A stretch of 64,000 bases of DNA, taken from contig NC_068993.1 in NCBI RefSeq assembly GCF_001194135.2, positions 61,585,193 through 61,649,192 of the forward strand. Reading direction: 5' to 3'. The translations under genes and the position numbers were made by a program. The notes beneath the pieces were generated by a model. The model was not told where the DNA came from, ran no database searches, and saw only the letters and a list, made by a program, of their open reading frames with translations. This stretch comes from Octopus bimaculoides. Lineage: Eukaryota. Positions 12,194 through 35,667 of the stretch are shown in pieces; the first letter of the stretch is position 1; every line of letters begins with the position of its first letter.

Positions 12194-12666
12194 TCATAAG
12201 GTATTGCGCCAGATCAAGTTCGAACGTGAATAAAGTAATCGCTGCTGTATTTCTTCATTCTAGAACAATTTCTCCTATTAGATGCGTATCTGTTCATGGC
12301 ATACTCGATTCGTTAGCGTAAGGGGACATTGGGACATTCAATGTTTCGACACCGTTGGGTCTCCACAGCGAAAGCTATTGTATTCTAATGACTCTACCAA
12401 CAGTTTGTGGTTCTTGTTTATGAATTCAGCAGACAATTGCTGATGCGCGCTAACATCTGCTTACCTATATTAAATCATGTGTAGATTCATTCTAAATACG
12501 TTCCGGCAGATTCGAATGTATATATGCTTATCGCTGCTTTGTTATCGATCCGACTCTCGCTGTTTCCTGTGCACATGGCAACCTCTTTGAAAGGATAAGT
12601 TGTTCTCCCATAACGAAATACAGAAGCGATTAGTACATTCAGGTATGTATCTGCCGGAACTTATGG
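12194..12666. mobile_element. Degenerate MITE-like element with long imperfect inverted repeats
   Basis: About 90-bp imperfect inverted repeats (taatcgctgctgtatttc / gaaatacagaagcgatta), plus an internal copy of the terminal motif gttccggcagat near 12498. Confidence 0.4.
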
Positions 12667-13741
12667 ACAATGCATATATACATCATTGTATTTTATTATC
12701 ATTATCGCCAAAATAAGCTGACGGTAGCTAGCTGGTCTCTACAGACGGCCGAGGACACAAGAACGATGGACTCACCACATCGCAATGCTTCTTCGTCGAA
12801 GTTGTCAAAGGCAAGTAACGATAGATTTGGAGAAATACGACTGCAGGTAAGATATGCTTGTGGGGGAAGGGAGAAAGGTTCAATATGATGGAGGAAATTA
12901 TTTCTTTCAGATTTTTGGTGAGGAGGGTTTTTCTTTTTAACTGTGTGAACAATGGAAGTAGGAGTCTTTCTGAGAGGAGTTGATGCTTGGTTATAGAGTG
13001 ATGCACAGTTTATAGGACGATTTTTAGGTTTAGCAAGGGACCATAAGGCTCTGGTGCAATATGATAGTAGGAATAGGGCAGCAGACAATATGAATATCTC
13101 TTGAGTTTCACTGACATGCTATATATGCATTACATAATTTCCTACACCAGCTGGAGCGGTAATTTTCACCATTATAATTCCGCCAATATGACAGACTTTA
13201 CCGGCCATGATGAAATACCACAAGGTATAGAAAATACGTATTCGCCTTTATATATTTAATCTTTTATATTGAACACTCAATATTTCATCTATTCAATAAG
13301 ACATATTCCATATATTCAATAAGACATTCAATACTTTATTTAATTGTACCATCCATTTTTATTTTATATTATATATTGTATATTATATTATATATTGTAT
13401 ATTCCATATTCTATATCCCACATTGGTTTTGCAGGAATATAAATAAAACATAAAAAACAGACAGTGTTGGAACTCTTTTAAACAAAATAATATATTCCTC
13501 TATACACAATCATACAAAACCCCTTTTTTTGTATTTATTTTTACTCGCATATACATATATATATATATATATTGCTTCACACACATATCAAATTAGCGTC
13601 ACTTTATATCTTAAAACGAAAGCGCTATTACATGCTAGAAGCAGCTGTCATAAATACTTCCTTCCGAGATTCTGTGCTGCGCACTTAATAAGAGGAAGAC
13701 TTGTACCTATGAGCGAATAAACCAGGCTGTTTCAAAACAAA

Positions 13742-22586
<8,845 letters not shown>

Positions 22587-22735
22587 ATTTATCATTGAAA
22601 ACTCCTTTCGAGTAATTTCATGGAAACAAGAATGAAATATATAAACGTCTAATATGACCAGTATACTGCATTATTTTAAATATTTATTATTTGTTATACT
22701 TACAGCAAATTATAACATTTGTAAAAGTCCCAGGT

Positions 22736-22840
<105 letters not shown>

Positions 22841-23438
22841 ATAAATCTTGCGTTGGATATACGGTATTGTTCCTGTGGTCTTCCACCCTTATGTATCCAT
22901 TCTTACTATAATTTGAATTCTAGCTGATGCTGAGCACTTCAACTCTAGCCCGTTTTTATGTATTGTTATATTAACAATATCTAATTATACAAAGAATTAT
23001 AGCTTATATATATATATACACATACACACGTGAGTTAAGTTAGAGGTTATAGCAATCGTCTAAGCGATATTTCTATCCAATGAATTAACTGGTGTCTTAC
23101 CCATATGTGATTATGAGTATTAATATTAATGCTCATAAATGATAGATAAGGAATGAATAAACCGAAGTTTATATTTAAGGAAAACAAAAAAAGAAAATGG
23201 AGATATAATTGAGAATTGATAAAGACCAATTATTATTTATTGATTATAAAATGACAAAATCTCATCTGACAGTTGTTTCTGTTGGCGCTATTCATTCAAG
23301 GCATTGTCAGACTTAATAACTACAATAATAATTATTATAATAATTAATTGTAAATAAGTAATTATAACAACTTAAATAATGGAACATCATCAGAGCAGAA
23401 AAGTAAAATTGTCAATTTTATCTCCATTTGCTTTTTTT

Positions 23439-23476
<38 letters not shown>

Positions 23477-24311
23477 NNNNNNNNNNNNNNNNNNNNNNNN
23501 NNNNNNNNNNNNNNNNNNNNNNNNNNNNNNNNNNNNNNNNNNNNNNNNNNNNNNNNNNNNNNNNNNNNNNNNNNNNNNNNNNNNNNNNNNNNNNNNNNNN
23601 NNNNNNNNNNNNNNNNNNNNNNNNNNNNNNNNNNNNNNNNNNNNNNNNNNNNNNNNNNNNNNNNNNNNNNNNNNNNNNNNNNNNNNNNNNNNNNNNNNNN
23701 NNNNNNNNNNNNNNNNNNNNNNNNNNNNNNNNNNNNNNNNNNNNNNNNNNNNNNNNNNNNNNNNNNNNNNNNNNNNNNNNNNNNNNNNNNNNNNNNNNNN
23801 NNNNNNNNNNNNNNNNNNNNNNNNNNNNNNNNNNNNNNNNNNNNNNNNNNNNNNNNNNNNNNNNNNNNNNNNNNNNNNNNNNNNNNNNNNNNNNNNNNNN
23901 NNNNNNNNNNNNNNNNNNNNNNNNNNNNNNNNNNNNNNNNNNNNNNNNNNNNNNNNNNNNNNNNNNNNNNNNNNNNNNNNNNNNNNNNNNNNNNNNNNNN
24001 NNNNNNNNNNNNNNNNNNNNNNNNNNNNNNNNNNNNNNNNNNNNNNNNNNNNNNNNNNNNNNNNNNNNNNNNNNNNNNNNNNNNNNNNNNNNNNNNNNNN
24101 NNNNNNNNNNNNNNNNNNNNNNNNNNNNNNNNNNNNNNNNNNNNNNNNNNNNNNNNNNNNNNNNNNNNNNNNNNNNNNNNNNNNNNNNNNNNNNNNNNNN
24201 NNNNNNNNNNNNNNNNNNNNNNNNNNNNNNNNNNNNNNNNNNNNNNNNNNNNNNNNNNNNNNNNNNNNNNNNNNNNNNNNNNNNNNNNNNNNNNNNNNNN
24301 NNNNNNNNNNN

Positions 24312-24360
<49 letters not shown>

Positions 24361-24484
24361 GCCATATAACACAAACGTCACTTATGAAAATCATCAGCAA
24401 ACAGGGCAGCATAAACTGTTCCAGCCATGGCAATCACGGTTGAAGAGAAAGATGGCATATCAGCAGTATTAAGATCATGGTCTT

Positions 24485-24685
24485 AAACTTTGCCACTGGG
24501 TCAGCAATTTCGGGGGAGGGTAAAGTTAATTAAATCGCGCCCAATGCTCAACTGATACTTATTTTATCGATCTCGAAAAAGATTAAGGCAAAGTCGACAT
24601 CGGCGGAACTTGAACTCAAAATGTAAAAAACGGACGAAATGCCTCTAAGCATTTTTCTTGGTGCGGTAACGATTCTGCCAGGGCA
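24485..24685 (-). mobile_element. tRNA-derived SINE, family 1
   Basis: Reverse complement matches family 1. Confidence 0.75.
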
Positions 24686-24995
24686 TTGTCCTATAGCTGT
24701 ATTAAGATAGCGTTAATACTAAGCGAGTCACTGTTAACGTTAAGAAGTGGAATATTTATGAAAGTTTAGTAGCTGGCGAAGCTGCTAAGATTTAAGAATG
24801 TACTGCTGTACCTGAGACTACAGGAACGAACTATATGAGACACGAGAGAGGGAAGGCGGAAGAGATGGGAGAAAGACTGGGTGAGATTCAGCAGGATGTT
24901 GTCATAGATAATGTAATGAAATGGGCGACGGGGGAAGAATAAGTAAATGAATTAGTAAATATATATATATATATATATATATACATACATCCATG

Positions 24996-25031
<36 letters not shown>

Positions 25032-25328
25032 NNNNNNNNNNNNNNNNNNNNNNNNNNNNNNNNNNNNNNNNNNNNNNNNNNNNNNNNNNNNNNNNNNNNN
25101 NNNNNNNNNNNNNNNNNNNNNNNNNNNNNNNNNNNNNNNNNNNNNNNNNNNNNNNNNNNNNNNNNNNNNNNNNNNNNNNNNNNNNNNNNNNNNNNNNNNN
25201 NNNNNNNNNNNNNNNNNNNNNNNNNNNNNNNNNNNNNNNNNNNNNNNNNNNNNNNNNNNNNNNNNNNNNNNNNNNNNNNNNNNNNNNNNNNNNNNNNNNN
25301 NNNNNNNNNNNNNNNNNNNNNNNNNNNN

Positions 25329-25445
<117 letters not shown>

Positions 25446-25877
25446 ATATTGCATATAAATGTATAGTTAACAAAATGAAAGAAGAAAAGAAAGAAAGAAA
25501 AAAGATGCAAAAGAAAATAAGAAAATAAACATAAAATATCAACTTTCTTTTATCTGTTGTACACAAACTGTTCGTTCCAATTTATTTAAGGAATTATTCA
25601 TGGCTCTATAAGTCTTCAAAACTTCGTAGATATACGAGAGGTATTATTCCATCCTGATCTCGTTTTGGCAAGCATGGAATTTCCCCATTCAAATGCTGCT
25701 ACATTAGAATTTTGAAAAGACAAATAAGCTTCTTCAATGTTTTTGCGGTTTCAAGCTTTATTCAGCGAAAGAACTATTGAAAATAAAGCACTAACGGTGA
25801 AATACTTCCAATACATATTGGTTTCAAATTTTGGCACAAGGCCAGCAGTTTCGGGCGTGGGCTAAGTCTGTTACACA

Positions 25878-26031
25878 CAAACGCTCTACTTGCAACACCA
25901 AGACCGAGCTGGCATTCAAGATCGAGGAAGTGTTCGCAGATCTTCCCAGGGACACAGTAAGGAATGCATGTGCCAAGTTCCGGAGGCGTCTTGAGGGGGT
26001 GTTGGAAGCTGAGAGTGGCTTCTTTGAGTAA
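25878..26031 (+). mobile_element. Tc1/mariner-superfamily (maT/rosa-like) transposase C-terminal fragment, abutting a SINE fragment at 25818-25877
   Basis: KRSTCNTKTELAFKIEEVFADLPRDTVRNACAKFRRRLEGVLEAESGFFE* resembles the maT/rosa transposase C-terminus (...AC--FR-RLE-V--A-GG-FE). Confidence 0.7.
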
Positions 26032-26906
26032 ACTGTTACGTCACAGCTATAATCTAGATCACATTTTTGAGTTTTTTTTTTAAATACTGTCAGCTGTCTT
26101 GCTGATGTGAATGAATATTTCTGAAAATTAAAGAGAAAGACGATAACTCTAGACAAGTGACTGCTTCAAAACTCCCACCTTCTATATCTAGACTATAAAT
26201 TCACATTCATACAAACAATAATTGGTGCAGTTGTCTTTCTGATAATCTGGATAAACAAAGGTCTTCAGAAAAAGAAATCAACCGATTTGCATTTTACAAA
26301 TACAATCCGTAAGTGGAGCAGTAAAAAATATGGAAGACCTTTCTCAAGTTTACAATGTGATATTGTGTTTGTTGTCTATATTCCAGCGATGGAACTTTGA
26401 TCTTAGTTAGAAACCAGTTTCTGCCTAAGAATAATAATTTAAACAATTAAAACCATACACAATACATACATACATACATACATACATATGTCTAACAGTT
26501 GGAAGCAATTACCTGTTTCACCATCTTCAAACTTTCTCAGTAACCACCATTTCAGATTACATTTACCGAATCTAGTCTGCTTACCGAACAAATCAGCAAC
26601 CTTTCAATCACTCCACCGGACGGCCAGTTTCGACACTTAATTATTGGCCGACATTGTCAGATATCTCGCCGCCAATAAACGTTGATGAAAATAAGGAGCT
26701 ATAATATAATGGAGTCAGGTCAGACAAATGTATACTTCTGTTGTAAATTTGTGAATTGTAGTATTAAAAAAAAACATATGTGAAATAAAGAAACAACAAA
26801 TATATAAAATAAGGCAGTATATATTTTCATAAATTTCAAATTAGATACTCGTACACTTTCATGTATTTGAATCTCTCCGAAATGGATTTTCTACGATAAA
26901 CCAAAT

Positions 26907-29900
26907 CTACAGATTATCCATGTCTTCCAGTGTTTGAAGTAAACAAGCATCCTTCATTTCAGGAAGCAAAAGGATCAGCAACCCAGCGGTAATTCCGAAC
27001 AGTCCATAGACAGTAAGGGGTATCCAAGAGCCATATACAGAGAGCCCAAGAATTACTGGCGAAAGTATTGCACCAATTCGAGATAAAGATAAAGCCGTAC
27101 TCAAGCCATTGTTGCTGAAATATATATAGAAAGATATATATAAGCAAGGATGAAATCTTTATAAAATTTTATCAAGTAACCAGCATGTAATAAAACCATA
27201 TAGGAAACAATAAAAAAATTTAGTTACATTTCTATAATTATATATTTTGTATAAAAAAAAATATACATACACATTTGACATATTTGTATGTATTTATTTT
27301 GCCAGAAAAGAAAACAGAAATATCGTGAGATATGTATGCATATGTATGTATATATGTGTGTATACCTACTAACTCATACGTGTGTGTGTGTAACAACTGA
27401 AGCATTCTCCCCAAAGAATCAACTACACCTACCGTACTTCTGTTGGAAAAAGTTCCGCTGACGTCAGAAAAACACCGTCAAATGCTGCTGTCGTACCGAG
27501 CTTCCCGAGGACAGCTAATATCAGAGGAAACCAAAAGTTAACTGGAAAGAAATCGTACGAAATGAAAATAAACGTATTTAACATTTGTAAATATCGAGTG
27601 ACGTTGGTGAGGAAGTGTTTGGGAATTCATTAAACGAATGGATTTTGTGGAGATGGGATACGCTGTCTATGATCTTTGGGTGTATAGTAATAGCACCCTC
27701 AGATGCAGATAACGAATACGGTAAACTATTTTTCGTTGGTGAAGTTTGAGAGGCCCTAACGCTAACCCTAACAAGTAATTACTTAGGCTGTAGAAGTACG
27801 AAGATCTTTTGAGGGGTGGGGGAATTTTTAGCAACGTTATGCAATTTTATTACGGAAGATGGTCCGAGATTGAATAGCTTGATGATTTTACAGCATTTAG
27901 TCGCTAGATTAAGTCTGATAGTAAACAAATGTTTTGGTAACAGTTCACTTTGTAAGAATATTGACACTGGAGCTAAAGTTACTAATATTCAGTCTTAGAT
28001 GTAAGGCGGTGAGCTGGCAGAATCATTAGCAGGACATAAAGCTTAGCGGCATTTTTTCCCGTCTTTACGTTCTAAGTTCAAATTCCGCCGAAGTCGACTT
28101 TGCATTTCATCCTTTCGGGGTCGATCTAATAAGTAGCATTTGAGCATGGGGGCCAATATAATCGACACACTCACTCAGCCCAGCATGTTGGCCTTGTACC
28201 GAAATTTGAAACCAATATTCAGTCTTAGAAATAATTCTTCACATATATTTCTTAAACGGGTCGTACACGTGATTTCTCTCTGGATGATGAATAAATAACT
28301 CAACCGTATTTTACACAAACGTTTAGGCACAATATAATGTACCTAAACTTTGTAAAGAATACAGCTAAGTTATCAATCCAACAAATAATTACTAGCTCTG
28401 CTTTTTTATGCATACACTGCAATATAGGGATACATGTAATTGTTCAAATGCTATGCAGAGAATTATGAATCTGTTTTATCGTATGACATGCATTCGTATG
28501 TTTAATATTTATATATTTAATAATGAATGAATAATATTATTTGATGTAACTAAATATTACCTTTTGCCACAAAGTTTGCGACAATACAGTTAATTCCGCT
28601 AAATACCAAGAAGAGACAAAGCGGCTTACGATGTCCAAACCACTTAAACGTAAAATGACCGAGAATGTTGGCTGGAATTTCTACAGCTGACATCAATAGA
28701 AAGTTTAGGTACCGATTGCCAGACATGTCAACGGAATTTAGCGTCACTCCGTAATAAATCATAGCGTTCACAAACCTATAATAAAATGGTAAAATTTGAA
28801 AAATACCTTGGTTATCAGGCAATATTCAATATATACAAACCGTGGTTTCTATAGCGGTTACTAATAAAAATTGCTAATTCGTGATGTCCAAATATTTGTA
28901 TGTATTAGAATATTTCAAAGAGTATTTACCATTTGCATATTTAATGTTGAGCATCATAAATTCATTTACCAGTTAAACCAAAGGTTTATAGAAATCATCG
29001 CTCTTCGAGGTCTTTTTAGCAAATCAATTGCTGTGTAAGTCTTGTCTTTAACTTTTCGGTTATTTCCATGGTTTACATTTTCAATAATTTTGCCATCAAA
29101 TTCTGATTTGCTTTCTGCATCTCTTTGAAGTTTCCGAATAAGTTTTATCATATCTTCATTGTCTTTTTTATTTGTTCTTGCAATCCTACTAAAGGACTCC
29201 TCAACACTTGCAAATCTTCCTTCATTAAGAAGCCATCTTGGAGATTCAGGAAGATATCTGCCAAGTAAAAACTATTGATAGCGTATCAAATAATAAAGTA
29301 TTATTACAGAAGTTGAAATAGAAGTTATAGAATATAGTTTGAAATTACAGCATAATATAATTTAGAAGCAATATAAACATGTAATGCAATCTTCAGAGGA
29401 ACATGTGAAACTTTATACAATATGATTGATGTGTTTACCATATGTATGTACTGTAATGCGCATGACATTAAGCTGATAGTTGTCACTAAGTGGTATGTTT
29501 TCTGTGTATTTATTCTAGGAACACGTACTCACGTAAGTACCAAGTTGTATTATAAACCAGCACAATAAACTCGTAATGTCAGAAAACTTGGTAACCTTAT
29601 AAACATGGTGAGGTATATATTTTGCTGGAATGTATTTATACATCATAACCCTCTCTAAAGTGTACCAATGTGATAAGTCAATATTACTGAATATGAAATC
29701 CTCGAAATAAACTGCAACATGAGAAATTGCTTTTTCTTACATGTATCTATCTTATTTTACGAATATCTCAAGTCATCATTTTGACGAACCAGAATCAACT
29801 CACGTAATCATCTCCAATTTCTTAATATGAATAATCTTGAAATGAAATAAAGAAAAGAGTACTGAATAAAAGTGGGAAAATAACCTAACGTTTCAAATGA

Positions 29901-32141
29901 ATATCTATATATATTCCAACCAACTATAGGAGTTGTCCAGAGATTTCTCTCTGTCCCTTTTACGGTTACTACAATTACTCATACACCTTTATATTAGTTG
30001 TTCGTCTAACGTCGCGATTCCCCCACGTTCACCTAAGATTGTACCTAATTCTCTTCATCCCTCCATCCCAGTGTTTTCTCTATCATATCCTAATAAATAC
30101 AATAATAAAATTTTTCCGTTGAACTATTACTCTCTGAAACAAAATTTAATCTCCTATTTCCTTCTCAATGAGTGTGTGTTGGTATATCCACGGAGGGAAC
30201 TTATAAATATTTTGATGTATCACTACGCGCGTTTCCACATCTCACATGTTTCTTACGATCCTATTCCGTATTCCTAGAATGATTACAGTACATTCCGTAG
30301 TATCCATAGACATCAGGTGGATAATAGTTCATGCGTTCATTTCATCAGGCAATATGGTATTAAAGTTGGAAGCAACGAATGTATCTGTACCTATGTGTCT
30401 GCACACAAGAAATACAATTTTAATTTTTTATTCCAATATATAAGAAGGCCATATATATACTTTACATATATCTGTATACAATTTACATATATCCGTTTAT
30501 ATTATTTACATTGACTATCTCTCAGTAAACTACGTACAGGTTTGAATGATAATCAGTTAGATTATTATCATAAACTGAAAAGAGATACCTACTTCAACGC
30601 TATAATGACGATCAGAATGTGTGGAATAGTTGCAGCATACAATAGATGATGCCATTTACGAAGTACATATGCCACTCCAGCGAGAAGTATTTCTCCAACA
30701 GCGAAGAAGGCATGCATAATAAAATTCAAATGCGTTCGGTAATCTTGGGAGACGCATTCGATCACTGTAAAAAAAAAAAAAAAAAAGAATCATAGTAGAA
30801 TTACTTTAAAGAAACTCGCAAACTAGACAGAATATATGGTTGCATTTAGGATATAACACCCAAAATATTATTTAGAAATATATATATCACTCCCAGCGTG
30901 CATCCAAGATGTCATTTCAAACTCTCACAAAACATTAAAGAGAAGAACATTCTGAAGCAAGCATTCTTGACGGGCCCATGAGACTGGTTAAGCTTTAAAA
31001 GGGCGCATTTATATTTATATTTTTATACGTATGTGTATATATTATGGTGCAATAAAAATGTCACATACAACAGTTAAGAATTAAATGTTTGCGTGAATAG
31101 AATTATAAAATACTTACATATGGTATATAAAACTATATACGTGCCAGACAATGCAACTCCTTCGACAAAATAAAAAATGATGAACACAATAAAATCTGGT
31201 GAGTATATTTTGGCAAATCCGCAACATATGAGAAGCAAGTGTGCGACACAAAACGTTTTAAATCTACCGAATCTGGCAAAAAGAAAGAAAAAAAATTAGA
31301 CGAATAACGAATCTCCAGGCACTTTCTCCAATATATGCTTAGGTGGAATTCCTATATTCGTCCTCCGTGCATGTTAATTGATAAACTACGTTTCTTCTTT
31401 TACAGATGATCCTAGTTTATCAATTAAAATGTAGGAACTCGACCACAGCATGTAGAGGAGAGACTGCTAGGAGTATAGAGGGAAAGAATGGAAGTCAATC
31501 GGAAAGAATATCGCGATAAGAAACTTCTGCCGATATCTTATTAGCAAACTAAGGAGAAACATGACGGCATGCTGATAATTAAGATAATTTCGATACATCA
31601 ACATGGTCCATCTTTACGGCAGGTGCGGGGAAATTACATTTGTAAATGAACGGAAATCGTTTCTTAATAAGAAAAATTACTTGATAGCTAGCAACCTCAC
31701 CATTACTACTATATGGCACCACAAAGACTGTAAAAGGAAAATACTACAGGCAAATATAATATTTAGGATTCCCCACGTATAAGTATGCCTGTATCGAAAA
31801 TCACGGTGTAAATCTAATATTGCAGCATCACCAGGAGAAAAAAAGAGAAAAATTATCATAGACTTATAAGATGGTTTATATACATTGGTGTTAGTGTTAG
31901 ATTAATAAACATTCACTAGTGTGTTAGTAAACGTTCATTGATAAATTAGTAAACCTGCATGTTTGATCCATATACGCACACACATGCACCAATACCCACA
32001 CTCACATACACACTGTACAGTTGAAAAGATAAAGGCACTAAACATAAAACAGAAAAAAATATAAAGAAATAAATGTTTTACCATCCACACTTTTCACAAA
32101 ATAGAGATCTACACAACCGCGAACGCGTGCACGCACGCACG

Positions 32142-32206
<65 letters not shown>

Positions 32207-35200
32207 ACACAGAGTTTTATAGTATTTATTTTAAATTACATTCTAAAGTAAATGTTTCATACTTACTTGTCTGACAATACACCAAATAATAAATTTCCCA
32301 GCATAAAGCCTGCAAACATTGTAGAGAATGCAATGTTTCTCATCCAATCTCTTTCGCAAGTCAAATCGAACTTAGAAAAAAAAAGCAAAAAAAAAAACAG
32401 AGAGAGAGAATGACTTTTTGAATAATATAATTGGTGAAACGCACTTATAAAATTATTAAAAAAAAAAGCAGTTAAAAAGAGTGTAAAAGTATACAGCGAA
32501 GGCACGTTGCTCAGTGGTTAGAGCGTCGGGTTCGTAATTGTGAGGTTATGAGTTCGATTTCTTGACCAGGTCGTATGTTATGTTCTTGATCAAAATACTT
32601 CACTTCACGTTGCTTCAGTTCACTCAGCTATAATGTGTTGTGACATCATTGGTGCCAAGCTGTACCGATCTTTACTTTTCTCTTGGACATCAATGGCATG
32701 GAGAGGAGAGACTAGAATGCATAGACTACTGCTGGTCTTCCACAAAATAACCTTGCTCGGACTTGTGCCTCGAAGGGGAACTTTCTAGGTGCAATCCCAA
32801 TTTAATAATACTTAATCTGTATTTCACAGTTATCATTTTTATCAACTGCTCAAATTTATCTGACATCATAATTCTTTAAATTTGATGCTACCTGATAATT
32901 ATCGGTCGTTCAATTTTGTGAAAAAAAAAATGTGTTGAATTGACAAATCAGGAAGAGGGCGAGTATTGAATGATGCACAATAAAAATTCTCAGAGTTGAA
33001 ATTTGTTGCTTAGTTAAAGAAAGAAAACAAAGCAAAAAAAAACAAAAAAAAACAACGCAATAAGTATTCGTGATTCTCAAAAAAAAAAAAAGACATTTCT
33101 TAATTTCAAATTAAGTATTAATTACAGAGAATAATTAAGCTTCATGTCTATCTGGAAATTTTTTTCTTCGTTAGCTGTTAAGTTGACAGCTACAAAAGCT
33201 TCAATCATACTGAATATCATATTTTCATCAGCTTTGCTCGATAAGTGGACATAAGTTTTACATGTACAAAAAGGAACAAAAAAAAATGAAAACGAGCAGC
33301 TAGCCAGTCAGAGTTTATATGATTACAAATAAGCTGCTTTATCTAATTTCTGACGGTTACCTTTTTGGTACATTTCTTTTTCTTATACTTTTCGACCTTT
33401 CATATACTTTTTCGCTTTACAACATTCGATAAAAATCTCATTTATATAACACTCATAATTCTAAAATTTTTTTTTTACATCTTAAATAGATATTTGCAAA
33501 GATTTTTCTTCGTGTGAATCAGTAAATGGACAATTATCAACGATACCTTCAAGAATATTCGAATAGTTGAGACGCCGTTTGTTGGTCATGAAGTAATACT
33601 TATCTATGTGAGAAACAAAGACATTTTAAACAACCAAATCAGAACTACTCACCTCAGAAACTATAGTTGACATATCCTCAGTGTAAAACTTTCGACCGTT
33701 ATTACACGGTTCCTTTGTAGAATTACTGGTGGGAAGGGTATAAAATCCTTCTTTAGTATCCAGGTTATACACAGAACATTTCTCCTCTTCAACCTTCACT
33801 TTATTTAATAATTCATCCAAAGTGATATTTGGTGGGATCATAGATTCATTGAAATTTGACGGATAGCAATCAAAGGGAATCATCTCTTTTATAAACACCA
33901 TACTCAATACTGTTTGGGCGTAAAATATTGCAAATATTGAATTAAAGATAGTAAGTCCCTTTTGAAATCGACCAAATCCACCACATTTCTGTAATATTTC
34001 CTCAGTAATTTCAGATGTTGGTAAATCTAAATCTGTAAAGGTAAATAAGAAAAATCAATTCCATAAAGAATTTCTAAATGTTTACTGCATACTTTACGGC
34101 AGTGGGAGCGGCGTCTCAACTTTTTCCCCCTTCGTAATTTGAGATGCATATAGGATATCAGGACTGAAGCCAACACCGAAGCCCTCAACCGTGCCAAGAT
34201 ACCCGGTGCGCTCACCGTGCTCCAGCAGCGTCGTTTGAGCTGGCTCGGTCATGTACATCGCACGCCGGACGGGAGGGTCCCAAAAGACCTCCGTCTGTGT
34301 GGGGAATTGACCACAGGCACAAGAACACGAGGATAACTGCATCTTCGTTTCAAGGACATCTGGAATAGAGATATGAAGTCGTTTGATGTGGACATCTTGA
34401 GATTGGAGGAGGTCGCAAATGATCGCCCGCGCTGGAGACAAATACTGCGAAAGGGGATAAAGCGAGCTGTAGAAAAACAGGAACTCGCCACCAAAGAAAA
34501 GCGCTCTCGATGGAAAGAAAAATCAGTAGCGCCGGTAGAGAGCTCCTTCAAACGTAGTCGCTCTATGCGTGACTGCTAATCCCGTGTGGATCTCTAGAGC
34601 CACAGAAGACGCTGCACCCCCATCAGCAGCTGACGCAATTTCTTCGGTTGCAGGTCCATAGTTTCTCGAGACCGACGGATGCCTACCACTATCCGCGCAC
34701 AATAATGCTTATGAATTATTAGAATTCAATGTATTGAAGCTAGTAACAAATCTAAGTATTGTGGTGAAACACTGGCAGTCGACTGAATGCAGTCCAGAGT
34801 ATAACTGCCTTCTGACATTGTTTTTTCTGAGCACCAGAGGGATTTAAAACAAGATCCACTCTAGCGAATGTAAATGTTGTACGTAAAGTAATATACTCTA
34901 AGAAAGAATCATTCCAGAATTTTACAGTCTCTGAGTAGTAATACCTTCAATGTATCATAACAATATAAAGTAAAACATGTAATGACATTGATGACCAAGT
35001 GACAAAGATGGTTAATGTTCAATCAAGTAAATGAAAATGAGAAAAAATAAATTTTGTTATATGAGTGCGTATTACGTATGTGCCAGATTACGTTAATAAT
35101 GCACAATGAGACCAATATAGTATGCCATTAATTTAAAAGACGAGATTAGAAGCGTTGCTGTTACACTGTAATATCTAATGTGAGCATATTATGATGTAAG

Positions 35201-35533
35201 TGGAAAACCTGCAGCCCTGTACCATTTGGCAGCATTATCATTTCATTGATATTTAGGTTTATAAAAGCAAGTCATTCAGTAGAGAAAAAGAATGTGTTAC
35301 TGAAAATATAAGCAGATGTTGAAAAACAGTTGCTTAAAATGAAAATAAATTAACTGCAGAATTTAATGTAATGGGATTATGGTAGCACTTTTAAAATATA
35401 TAAAATAATATACGTGTACATAAACACACTAAAACTGAGAGAAATGCAAAGAACAGAAAATATTCAAACCTTTGAGTTCCTGAGAAGCAAATTCCTCATT
35501 TGCTTCTTTCTGATTATTTGGCTTATTTTCCAT
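26907..35533 (-). CDS. SLC22/Orct-family organic ion transporter, paralog C (9 coding exons, 562-564 aa)
   Basis: Exons (descending) 35533-35470, 34026 (or 34032)-33653, 32370-32267, 31272-31118, 30764-30593, 29257-28970, 28775-28561, 27541-27433, 27114-26907. GT-AG introns, frame open. Motifs FDLTC, SDKFGR, LPESPRW, AELFPTEVR, SRIGA, LPEMK. Confidence 0.93.
27984..28229 (+). mobile_element. SINE family 1 with 16-bp target-site duplication
   Basis: AATATTCAGTCTTAGA at 27984-27999 and 28214-28229 flanks a full SINE. Confidence 0.9.
31405..31560 (+). mobile_element. Degenerate Penelope-like GIY-YIG fragment
   Basis: VYQLKCRNSTTACRGETAR resembles VY-I-C--C---YIGET-R. Confidence 0.35.
32496..32800 (+). 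mobile_element. tRNA-derived SINE, family 3
   Basis: A-box gctcagtggttagagcg, B-box gagttcgattt, core cacttcacgttgcttcagttcactcagct shared with 63257-63541. Confidence 0.75.
34085..34692 (+). mobile_element. RTE-clade LINE 3' fragment in intron 1 of gene C (antisense to C)
   Basis: Frames give QRRLSWLGHVHRTPDGRVPKDL, RFKDIWNRDMKSFDVD, VANDRPRWR and SHRRRC, with a 3' end ccatagtttctcgagaccgacggatgcc. GC-rich against an AT-rich background. Confidence 0.85.
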
Positions 35534-35667
35534 GTTACAGACAGTAGCTTTCCAATTGCTAACCTCACTGAACAGCGGCACCGAGAGAAATGCCTATGAA
35601 AATAGCATGTAGCAAATAACAACGTTTCACTATAAACGATAAAATGACGTTAAAAAAAAAAATTATA

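Noticed and set aside
12700-13090. 128-aa minus-strand ORF, possibly a LINE ORF2 relic
   Set aside because: No diagnostic RT or endonuclease motif could be confirmed by eye.
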